DNA of 32,000 nucleotides. Origin: Candidatus Saccharimonadota bacterium. GTDB taxonomy: Bacteria; Patescibacteriota; Saccharimonadia; Saccharimonadales; Saccharimonadaceae. Position numbers and translations under genes: made by a program. The stretch lies in the NCBI GenBank assembly GCA_016700015.1, contig CP064995.1, positions 390,001 to 422,000 of the forward strand. The letters are read 5' to 3'. Positions within the stretch are counted from its first letter, which is position 1; each line of letters starts with the position of its first letter. Shown piece by piece: positions 16,005-23,670 of the stretch. Below the pieces are notes generated by a model. That model was given only the letters and a program-made list of their open reading frames with translations, searched no databases and was not told the origin of the DNA.

Positions 16005-17178
16005 TGCTAGTTTTCCTTTCATTAGTTCTTTTGTGCCGAATAGTATTTTGCGAATGTTTGATATCTTGGATGAATGAGTTGAGTTGTTCTTTTGTTACGC
16101 CCGGCATACAAATCACGTGGCTAACACCTCCGTAGGTAGCCAGTTGCCATTTATGAATAATCTCCTTAGGCGGCTGCTTTATCACTACAGTAAATGCAGC
16201 TTCATTTTTCCACGCTGGCCAGCCGATACAACGGAGTTCGGTATGTAAATAACGTGCTAATTCCATCGAATTGATCGCTCGTTTGCGCAGGCCATCGGTT
16301 CCAAGTTTTTTAATGGTGTACCAAAGCATGATTGGAGTATGGCCATTTCGTGATCCGGAAATTGTCGAATCTGGCGTGCCGGTATACAGTGCGCTACGAA
16401 CCACCTTGTCGCGATAACTTTTACGCGTAATCACCACTCCGCTCGGCATCGGGCATCCGATAAATTTGTGTCCGCTGATACTGATCGCATCTGCACCGTC
16501 AGCAAAATCAAACGGATGATGGGGAATTGCAAAGGCTGTATAGACGCCTGCCAGCGCTGCATCACAGTGCACAAATGATGCATCATCAAAGCCGAGGTCA
16601 TCGAGGATGTGCTGAATAATGTACACATTGTCCTTTGCCTCGGACATTGTCGTTCCAATCGTCGCGACGACAATCACCTGAGTAGCGCCGGATTTTATTA
16701 TATTTTTCTTGAGACTGCTATAGTCCATCTCGCCCGACTCTTCAGATGCGACCGCAATTCCTTGCATGCCGAGTATACCGATATTCTTCGGTATACTATA
16801 GTGAGCGCTATTACTATAAAATACCGGCGCTTCAGGATATAGTTCGCGGGCAACATAAAGCGAATACAAATTTCCTTCGGTACCACCATTTGTAACATAA
16901 CCCCATCGATCAGATTTGGGAGCATGAAACAAATCAGCAAAAAAATCGACAACTTCACGTTCTAGTCGTTTGGAATGATTTGCATGGAGCGGACTCACAT
17001 ACGGATCGCCAACATTATTGAGTAAATATTGGAAGAACGGTAGTAGCTCAGAATAATCGAAATCGACCGAACCCGGAAATCCTATAAAATATGGATAATC
17101 CTTGCGGATCTCCGCCATAAATGCTGTCAAAGTATGGTGATCGGCACGGTTCAATTGGCTTTCTTTTCGCTTAATCAC
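15991..17178 (-). CDS. Group II PLP-dependent decarboxylase, histidine-decarboxylase type
   Basis: 395 aa. Collinear with Gram-negative HDC motifs: GFPGS.DFDY, WGYVTNGGTEGN, GEMDY, ATIGTT, HCDAALAG, PFDFADGADAISISGHKFIGCPMPSGVV (PLP lysine), ISGSRNGHTP. GTG start after a GAGAGG RBS. Confidence 0.75.
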   Translation of the reverse strand: MIKRKESQLNRADHHTLTAFMAEIRKDYPYFIGFPGSVDFDYSELLPFFQYLLNNVGDPYVSPLHANHSKRLEREVVDFFADLFHAPKSDRWGYVTNGGTEGNLYSLYVARELYPEAPVFYSNSAHYSIPKNIGILGMQGIAVASEESGEMDYSSLKKNIIKSGATQVIVVATIGTTMSEAKDNVYIIQHILDDLGFDDASFVHCDAALAGVYTAFAIPHHPFDFADGADAISISGHKFIGCPMPSGVVITRKSYRDKVVRSALYTGTPDSTISGSRNGHTPIMLWYTIKKLGTDGLRKRAINSMELARYLHTELRCIGWPAWKNEAAFTVVIKQPPKEIIHKWQLATYGGVSHVICMPGVTKEQLNSFIQDIKHSQNTIRHKRTNERKTSNESK

Positions 17179-17241
17179 ATAATACCTCTCTTATCACAAT
17201 ATCCCCATCGGTTGACGGGGAGCAATAAATAGCACTCACAA

Positions 17242-17646
17242 CTACCAACCAGTACTCTTTGGGCTATTATGCCTGGGAATAGTATAATAAGAAATCTTGT
17301 CTTCCGGTTCGGACTCGGGCTGATTGCTTTGGGCACGGTGTTGCATATTCCGTGCCAGTCTCATAAGATCCAAAAAAATGTCCAACAGGTCCTCATTACT
17401 AATTGGACCTTCGTTTTCGGCCATAATATGCTCAAGTACCTCGTTCTCACGCCGAATATTAAAGATAGGTCTTTTCTCTGCTAATTTCAAAGCGCCAGCC
17501 GCAAGCGCTAGTTGCATACGACGGTTGAGCAGCTTTACGAGCTCAGAGTCAACCTTGTCAATCTCTTCGCGTACTGCAAGAATATCTGCCGCACCCTTCG
17601 CAACTTCTGTCATAGACTTATACTCCCAATATAATACTGAGTACAT
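17242..17646 (-). CDS. AroQ-class (type II) chorismate mutase-like protein
   Basis: LAVREEIDKVDSELVKLLNRRMQLA...K......I....RE.EVL matches the CM type II helix pattern. ATG 17646 (AAGGAAG RBS) or ATG 17613 (GGGAG RBS). The track start 17739 is unlikely. Confidence 0.65.
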   Translation of the reverse strand: MYSVLYWEYKSMTEVAKGAADILAVREEIDKVDSELVKLLNRRMQLALAAGALKLAEKRPIFNIRRENEVLEHIMAENEGPISNEDLLDIFLDLMRLARNMQHRAQSNQPESEPEDKISYYTIPRHNSPKSTGW

Positions 17647-17775
17647 GCTACCACTTCCTTTAGTCTGTATGCAAGAGCCATCACCATGAACAGCATAGTA
17701 ATATGCACAACGACGACTGCTCGTAATCCAGGAGGGCATTTGTTATGATAGGAAAGACGAGGAGGCATGCGCTTT

Positions 17776-18807
17776 ATGAGGAAAACAATACTGACTGGTA
17801 TTAGAGCGAATAACGATTTGCATATAGGTAACTATTTTGGCGCTATGTTGCCGATTGTTGATATGGCTAAAACTCGTTCAAGCGAATACGATGTAAACTT
17901 TTTTATTCCTGATCTTCATAGTTTCACCACACCAATCGACCACTCGCAGTTGTTCGATAGCATCATGAACAACGCACGTATTTATACAGCCGCCGGGCTA
18001 CCGCTCGACAACGAGAATATTCACATTTACCGCCAAAGCTATGTGCCAGCTCATAGCGAGCTGACTATTATCCTGAACAATTTCGTGGGCATGGGTGAGA
18101 TGGAGCGCATGACCCAATACAAAGATAAAAGTGCAAAGCTCGGTAGCGACCGAGTGAGCGTAGGGCTATTTGACTATCCCGTGCTGATGGCAAGCGACAT
18201 TCTGCTTTACAACGCAAAGTATGTGCCGGTCGGCGATGACCAAACCCAGCACTTAGAAATTACACGAGATATTGCCGAGCGCATGAATAACAAATTCAAT
18301 ACAGAGCTTTTCGCGATACCCGAGCCCGTTGTCAAACAGCACGAGTTTTTTGGCAAAGACCAGGGATTGCGCATTAAGGACCTATTAGACCCAAGTAAGA
18401 AAATGAGCAAAAGTGACGAAACTGGCAAGGGTGTGGTGTTCCTTAGTGACGAGCCCGAGCTAGCCCACAAAAAAATCATGAGTGCAGCAACAGATGATAA
18501 GGCAAATATCCAGTATGACAAAGTAAATCAGCCTGGCATTGCAAACCTTATCGACATTTTGGCGCTACTGCGCGGCGTCAGACCCGCCGATGTTGAGGCA
18601 GAGTTTAAGGGTAGTCAGCGCTATGGCGACTTCAAACAGGTTGTGGCCGACGAAATGGCAGCGTTTTTACGTGATTTCCAGCAGCGACTCGCTAGTGTTG
18701 ACGACGCGGCGATTATTGCCAAACTCGAAGCGAGCGAACGCGCAATGAATGAGATTGCAAACCAAACGCTCCTGCGCGTACAAAAGGCAGTTGGTCTGAG
18801 AAAGTAA
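17776..18807 (+). CDS. trpS: Tryptophan--tRNA ligase
   Basis: Class I signatures HIGN (HIGH) and KMSKS are present. GDDQ.QH.E..R..A..N motif typical of TrpRS. ATG 17776 is 10 nt after GAGGAGG; ATG 17767 is the alternative. Confidence 0.93.
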   Translation: MRKTILTGIRANNDLHIGNYFGAMLPIVDMAKTRSSEYDVNFFIPDLHSFTTPIDHSQLFDSIMNNARIYTAAGLPLDNENIHIYRQSYVPAHSELTIILNNFVGMGEMERMTQYKDKSAKLGSDRVSVGLFDYPVLMASDILLYNAKYVPVGDDQTQHLEITRDIAERMNNKFNTELFAIPEPVVKQHEFFGKDQGLRIKDLLDPSKKMSKSDETGKGVVFLSDEPELAHKKIMSAATDDKANIQYDKVNQPGIANLIDILALLRGVRPADVEAEFKGSQRYGDFKQVVADEMAAFLRDFQQRLASVDDAAIIAKLEASERAMNEIANQTLLRVQKAVGLRK

Positions 18808-19985
18808 TGAAGGTTACAGCAAGTGACTTACTAGCCATTCTGCGTCGTTTTTCGATCGCAGCTGATAATAATGTACCGCGTGAAATTGATCAGATTAAGC
18901 AAAGCCACCCCAGCCCGATCAATCAGCTCGTCCAGTTTCGGTTTAAACGAAATTTCTTTTTTGCCTTGTTTGACGATACCGCCGCAGACAACGGCCACTA
19001 CATCGTGCAGCAAATCCAACGCATCGATAGTAATACCGACGGCGTGTTACTCGAAAACCCTACCAGCAATATTACTACTTATGGCCTACCGTTTAAAGGC
19101 AAAGACGTCTATTTGTTCCAGACAGTGTCGGGCAAAAAGCGACTCGATATTCTACTAAGCGAGCGCCACCCCGAGCTCAGTCGCAGCACCTGGCAAAAAC
19201 ACATAAAGGCCGGTAGTGTCAGTGTGAATGGCGCACCAGCAAAAAACGTTCGTCAGGAAGTAGCAGATGCTGACCATATTGCGATTACTCTGCCTGAGAT
19301 GCCAGACTATAGTCGTTATGAATTGCCCGTCATATACATGGATGATGATGTGCTTGTTGTCAACAAACCAGCCAGAGTACTCACCCATAGCAAGGGTGCG
19401 CTCAATGACGAATTTACCGTGGCCGAATTCTTTCGCCGCTTCACAACAGTCGGCCTCGATACCAACCGTCCAGGTATTGTGCATCGGCTCGACCGCGACA
19501 CCAGTGGCGTTATTATTGGCGCACGTACACCTGAAGCATTTGCGCTGCTCAAAGCTCAGTTTTCGGAACGTAAAGCGAAAAAGACGTATATTGCAGTAGT
19601 GGAGGGAATACCCAAACAAGCCTCAGCGATGATTGATATTCCGATTGCCCGTAATCCGTCAGCACCCAGTACCTTTCGGGCTGACAGTAAAGGGAAGCCA
19701 GCTCAAACTGAATATACCGTACTCGACACTCGAAACGGGCGATCGCTGGTCGAACTTACACCTCGTACTGGCCGCACCCACCAGCTGAGAGTCCACTTAC
19801 AGTACGTTGGAACGCCTATTGTTGGCGATCGAGTGTATGGGAAGGCAGCCGAACGTCTATACCTTCATGCCTACCGGCTGGAAGTAACGATCGGCCACGG
19901 TAGTCGCCAAAGCTTTATTGCACCCATCCCACAAGCTTTTGAGACAGTATTTCCCGAGGTATCGAACCATGTCGCTCCCCTATAA
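18807..19985 (+). CDS. rluD: RluA/RluD-family 23S rRNA pseudouridine synthase with about 105-aa N-terminal extension
   Basis: S4 domain (RLD..LSE....SR....K.I..G.V.VNG). Catalytic HRLDRDTSG. GRTHQLRVH. ATG overlaps the trpS stop. In-frame GTG 19125 would give a canonical-length protein. Confidence 0.85.
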   Translation: MKVTASDLLAILRRFSIAADNNVPREIDQIKQSHPSPINQLVQFRFKRNFFFALFDDTAADNGHYIVQQIQRIDSNTDGVLLENPTSNITTYGLPFKGKDVYLFQTVSGKKRLDILLSERHPELSRSTWQKHIKAGSVSVNGAPAKNVRQEVADADHIAITLPEMPDYSRYELPVIYMDDDVLVVNKPARVLTHSKGALNDEFTVAEFFRRFTTVGLDTNRPGIVHRLDRDTSGVIIGARTPEAFALLKAQFSERKAKKTYIAVVEGIPKQASAMIDIPIARNPSAPSTFRADSKGKPAQTEYTVLDTRNGRSLVELTPRTGRTHQLRVHLQYVGTPIVGDRVYGKAAERLYLHAYRLEVTIGHGSRQSFIAPIPQAFETVFPEVSNHVAPL

Positions 19986-20793
19986 TCCCAGGACTGAGCT
20001 TACTATTATTCAACTGCGCAAATACTTACCCCACGGTGTCTTATTGTCTGGCGAGCAGGGAGTTGGGCTTGAACAGGCAGCTCTCGACATCGCAGATAGA
20101 CAGCTAGCCGAGGTCATTCGTCCAACAACGTCGGAGGGAGTGGTTGATGGCGCTAAGGGCGTCATTCGTATCGAACAAATACGTTCACTTTATGAAGCAA
20201 CAAGAGGTAAGTCAAAACATAGACGCATATATATCATTACGAAGGCAGAGACAATGGGAGAGCCAGCTCAGAATGCATTGTTAAAACTACTTGAAGAGCC
20301 GACTTTGCACGCACATTTTATCTTGACATCTCATCATCCAATGAAGCTGCTACCGACAATCCTCTCGAGGCTGCAAAAGGTACGCATAGATACGCTCGAA
20401 GGTGATCAATCAAAGCAACTTCTGATGGAGCGTGGCATAACTGACAGTACACTAATGCAACAACTACTATTCTTAGCGAACGGTAGGCCAGCTCTGCTTG
20501 ATGAGCTAGCAAGCAATACTAAACTGCGTAGCGAAAGAATCAAATACATGTCCGATGCTCGTACCTTCTTGCAGGGAACGGTAGCAGACAGGCTACGCAT
20601 CCTACACGAGTACGGAGGCGACCGCACCCAATCACTACAGCTTATCGAGTCAGCACTTGCAATCATTAAGCACAGTCTGCATCAGAAACCATCAGTATCT
20701 CAGCTGCAACTAGCCAACTCTTTGGTGTCAGCATATGATAGTATCGCCGCGAATGGTTCAGCCAAGCTGAACTTAATGCTGATCGTGGTATAA
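19969..20793 (+). CDS. holB: DNA polymerase III delta-prime subunit
   Basis: HGVLLSGEQGVG (degenerate P-loop), AQNALLKLLEEP, LPTILSRLQ (SRC-type motif). ATG 19969 is preferred over the track start 19918. Confidence 0.8.
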   Translation: MSLPYNPRTELTIIQLRKYLPHGVLLSGEQGVGLEQAALDIADRQLAEVIRPTTSEGVVDGAKGVIRIEQIRSLYEATRGKSKHRRIYIITKAETMGEPAQNALLKLLEEPTLHAHFILTSHHPMKLLPTILSRLQKVRIDTLEGDQSKQLLMERGITDSTLMQQLLFLANGRPALLDELASNTKLRSERIKYMSDARTFLQGTVADRLRILHEYGGDRTQSLQLIESALAIIKHSLHQKPSVSQLQLANSLVSAYDSIAANGSAKLNLMLIVV

Positions 20794-20803
20794 TAGGTAT
20801 CAT

Positions 20804-21460
20804 ATGTTCGGTTTACTCCTCGTGATGGCATTCGGTGTATGGGCAATCTGGCGTCAACAGACAATAGATGAGGCCGCCGCCGATTTGCCGCAGAAGATAT
20901 CAAGCAAAATTGATAAGCTATGGGATATCGCTCAAGAATCACTACGTGATCGTAAATATTTGCGCGCAGAGAAAGCGCTTCTTACTATACTACGCGTCGA
21001 TGAAAAAAATGCTACTGCATATAATCGATTAGGTATTCTGTACGCCAAGCAACAGGCGTATAGCGACGCAATCGAGTGCTTTGAGATTGCACAGAGTCTT
21101 GAGCCAAGTGCCAGTAGTCTGCACAATGTTGGGCTGATCTATTTCGAAACCGCTCATTATGAAAAGGCCGCTCTTGCGTTTGAGCAAGCGCTTAGTATGG
21201 AAGATACCCTCGCTTCACGCCATATCGCCTATGCTAAAGTGCAAGAAAAACTAGGTCATAGCAGTAAAATGATCGAATCGCTTGAGAAAGCTGTTGCAAT
21301 CGAGCCAAGTGTGCAAAGTTATCATATTCTCGCCGATGCGTATAGCAGGGTTGGCGAAGAAGAGAAGGCGCAGGATTTGCGTGAGCAGATCGCAAAAGCT
21401 GTCAACTCTAAAACTCCTCCCGCCAAGACCGTCCAGCAAGTCCGCAAGGTTCAGATGTAA
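20804..21460 (+). CDS. Membrane-anchored TPR-repeat protein
   Basis: N-terminal hydrophobic helix MFGLLLVMAFGVWAIW, then at least 3 TPR units (AYNRLGILYAKQQAYSDAIECFE.A..L.P...). Confidence 0.75.
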   Translation: MFGLLLVMAFGVWAIWRQQTIDEAAADLPQKISSKIDKLWDIAQESLRDRKYLRAEKALLTILRVDEKNATAYNRLGILYAKQQAYSDAIECFEIAQSLEPSASSLHNVGLIYFETAHYEKAALAFEQALSMEDTLASRHIAYAKVQEKLGHSSKMIESLEKAVAIEPSVQSYHILADAYSRVGEEEKAQDLREQIAKAVNSKTPPAKTVQQVRKVQM

Positions 21461-21461
21461 T

Positions 21462-21908
21462 ATGGGCCAGTACGGTGTATACCCCGATGCTTTTTATCGC
21501 GTGTCTGTAAAAGCGGTTATTCGCAATGACAGTGGTCATGTGCTGTGTGTAACGGAGACAGAGCGAGATTTATGGGAGCTTCCTGGTGGTGGGCTAGACC
21601 ACGGTGAAACAATCCAGCAGGGCCTCTCCCGCGAGTTAGCCGAGGAGATTGGCTATATTGGTACGTTTACTTATAGCTATGCAGATATCTCAACGCTTTA
21701 CGATCCAGGCGGCGAGCGCTGCATCATGAATATTGTCTTTGATGTCATACTAGACAGCCCAGACTCTATCCAACCGGGCAAGGACGTTTTCCAGATGGAA
21801 TACAAAGACCCAAAGCAGTTCCGAAGCGTTAATTACAGGAGTGGACAATTAATCTATAAACATGTTATCGATCGTAACTTCTCAGTTAGATTTGATCAGT
21901 CAGAGTAG
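21462..21908 (+). CDS. NUDIX hydrolase
   Basis: Nudix box GGGLDHGETIQQGLSRELAEEIG. ATG 21462 lies just after the TPR gene stop. The track start 21282 overlaps the TPR gene. Confidence 0.85.
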   Translation: MGQYGVYPDAFYRVSVKAVIRNDSGHVLCVTETERDLWELPGGGLDHGETIQQGLSRELAEEIGYIGTFTYSYADISTLYDPGGERCIMNIVFDVILDSPDSIQPGKDVFQMEYKDPKQFRSVNYRSGQLIYKHVIDRNFSVRFDQSE

Positions 21909-21910
21909 TC

Positions 21911-22321
21911 ATGAGTGCGAATTGCAATAATTGTAATAGCATCCTAGGTAAATCAAGTAGTAAATATTGTTCGAATAAGTGTCAGAAAGACTACGAATAT
22001 AATGCGTATATTACAGCGTGGAAAAGAGGCAAGACATCAGGAGTGAGAGGCGTAAATACGATAAACTTTTTTCAGCACGTAGTTCGCTATCTATGGAATA
22101 AATATGCAGGGAAATGTGCGCGATGTAGTTGGTCTCAAGTAAATCCAGTTACCAAGAGACCGCCCCTTGAGATTGACCACATCGATGGAAATTCGATGAA
22201 TAATATCGAACGTAATTTAATATTGCTTTGCCCGAATTGTCATGCAATAACTCCCACTCATAAAAACTTGAATTTGAGGTTTGGTAGACATTGGCGCAGA
22301 ACTAGGAATATGCTACAATAA
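21911..22321 (+). CDS. HNH endonuclease with N-terminal Cys-rich (zinc-ribbon-like) segment
   Basis: CNNC...YCSNKC at the N-terminus. HNH core EIDHIDGN..NN...NL.LLCPNCHA. Confidence 0.8.
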   Translation: MSANCNNCNSILGKSSSKYCSNKCQKDYEYNAYITAWKRGKTSGVRGVNTINFFQHVVRYLWNKYAGKCARCSWSQVNPVTKRPPLEIDHIDGNSMNNIERNLILLCPNCHAITPTHKNLNLRFGRHWRRTRNMLQ

Positions 22322-22328
22322 CCGATGT

Positions 22329-22405
22329 GCCGCTTTAGCTCAGTTGGTTAGAGCACCTCTTTTGTAAAGAGGGGGTCCTGGGTTCGAATCCCTGAAGCGG
22401 CTCCA
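22329..22405 (+). tRNA. tRNA-Thr (anticodon UGU), CCA encoded
   Basis: Hand-folded cloverleaf: acceptor GCCGCTT/AAGCGGC, anticodon stem CCTCT/AGAGG, loop TTTGTAA, T-loop TTCGAAT. There is one U-U mismatch in the T stem. Confidence 0.9.
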
Positions 22406-22519
22406 TGATGCGTGCACAAAAACGGTTGTGCCCGCATTTGGAAAGAACAGATAGTCTCGAGCGACGCGCTCGCTCGCACCGCTCGGTGAGAAAACTGAGT
22501 TCACCTATTCCACATATTT

Positions 22520-22604
22520 GCCGGAGTCGTCTAGCGGCAATGACAAGAGACTGTAAATCTCTCGGCGCAAGCCTTCGTAGGTTCGAGTCCTACCTCCGGT
22601 ACCA
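22520..22604 (+). tRNA. tRNA-Tyr (anticodon GUA), type II long variable arm, CCA encoded
   Basis: Acceptor GCCGGAG/CTCCGGT, anticodon stem AGAGA/TCTCT, loop CTGTAAA, 14-nt variable arm, T arm GTAGG-TTCGAGT-CCTAC. Confidence 0.92.
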
Positions 22605-22605
22605 A

Positions 22606-22645
22606 AGAAATATTCCTAGATTGACCTCTAGGAATATTTCTTTTA
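22606..22645. terminator. Bidirectional rho-independent terminator
   Basis: Perfect 15-bp stem AGAAATATTCCTAGA / TCTAGGAATATTTCT with loop TTGACC. T-runs follow on both strands. It sits between the tRNA pair and the convergent nucleotidyltransferase gene. Confidence 0.8.
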
Positions 22646-22707
22646 AGCAAAGCGACAGCCACATCGCGATGGACATCATGTTTGTATTGGATGACTAGAA
22701 AGTACTG

Positions 22708-23649
22708 CTAGGCGTCCTTTGCGCTATAAGAAAATTCCCGAGCAACCAGACGATTGATGATATACTGCCAGCCATTAGCAAGGTTTAGCGCATTATTCAT
22801 AGCTGGAACATAATGGCCGCGCAACTCTGAGTCGTATTCATTTTCACTCACATCACCGGCAATCGCACGCTCTAGTAGTGTTGTATAGCGATTGTTGCCA
22901 CTAACAAGAGCATCGTGGCTCTCTACCAGTGCTGTATCTCCAATGGTATCTGCGAGATACGAGCGCGTAGCTGCCTGTAAGTGTGAGCGCCAGCCACGAT
23001 CAACACGGTAACTATTGTCGACGAGCGATATAATGTCGAGCGCTCGACGCCCAACCGTGCTCGGAAATTCATAGGCACGCTGCAGCGAAGCAAGATCAAA
23101 CTCACTGCAGAGGGCTTTAGCAAACTTAAACGATTTGTGAGCAATTGCATGACGTGCACCCGCAATAATTGCCTCGCTGCCCATTGGTGGGCTCGCAAGA
23201 TAGCTCGCTATATCGCCACGTACCCATCGATTATTGTGTTCTGCAATCGATCGTAGGTGTGAGCCTATCATGTCGTCGATTGCATAATCGTCAATTTGTG
23301 CATAGTTTCTATGGTGTGGGGAAGCGTGCACTTCAAATACAGTGTGGTGTTGGCCAGACACTTCGCGCACGCAGCGTGACACCGTGGCAAGCGCTTCAAC
23401 CGCCGCAGCGGCGTCATACAACACGAAGACATCGATATCACTACGCAAATTCTCATTACCAAGTGCCACTGATCCATAAATCATGCCCGCCAAAAGTGAG
23501 GGGTGCTGGTCGGCGCCGAACAGCGCAGCCAGCAGTTCGCTTGCAGCTTCGCTGTGCGCACCAGGTTTTGGAAGGTGCCCACGTGACACCGCTTCGGTAG
23601 AATAGATTACTCCCATGTGGGCTAGTATATAACGAAAATTGCCCGGCAC
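22708..23649 (-). CDS. Pol-beta-superfamily nucleotidyltransferase domain protein with helical C-terminal region
   Basis: IYGSVALGNENLRSDIDVFVLYD is the GS...G....SD.D NTase signature. GTG start lies 21 nt after the purF stop. The C-terminal about 200 aa is unassigned and contains RHAIAH (R-x4-H). Confidence 0.7.
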   Translation of the reverse strand: MPGNFRYILAHMGVIYSTEAVSRGHLPKPGAHSEAASELLAALFGADQHPSLLAGMIYGSVALGNENLRSDIDVFVLYDAAAAVEALATVSRCVREVSGQHHTVFEVHASPHHRNYAQIDDYAIDDMIGSHLRSIAEHNNRWVRGDIASYLASPPMGSEAIIAGARHAIAHKSFKFAKALCSEFDLASLQRAYEFPSTVGRRALDIISLVDNSYRVDRGWRSHLQAATRSYLADTIGDTALVESHDALVSGNNRYTTLLERAIAGDVSENEYDSELRGHYVPAMNNALNLANGWQYIINRLVAREFSYSAKDA

Positions 23650-23670
23650 AAATCATAAGAGTAATGATAC

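Noticed and set aside
14487-16022. AMP phosphorylase / thymidine phosphorylase assignment for the 505-511-aa family-3 protein
   Set aside because: Its length fits archaeal AMP phosphorylase. However, the KH..(x)..S..G.SA.VEALG and R..G...N..GPL motifs follow the TrpD pattern, not the nucleoside phosphorylase loop. This remains an open alternative.
17647-17775. T-box riboswitch upstream of trpS
   Set aside because: The spacer is only about 130 nt and is shared with a divergent gene. I found no specifier-loop or T-box-like sequence.
22406-22519. Possible third tRNA or small RNA in the 114-nt spacer between tRNA-Thr and tRNA-Tyr
   Set aside because: No cloverleaf can be folded; only two short GC hairpins are present. 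It is probably a processing spacer.
22405-22698. 97-aa + strand ORF
   Set aside because: It spans tRNA-Tyr and the terminator hairpin, so it is an artefact of the tRNA region.
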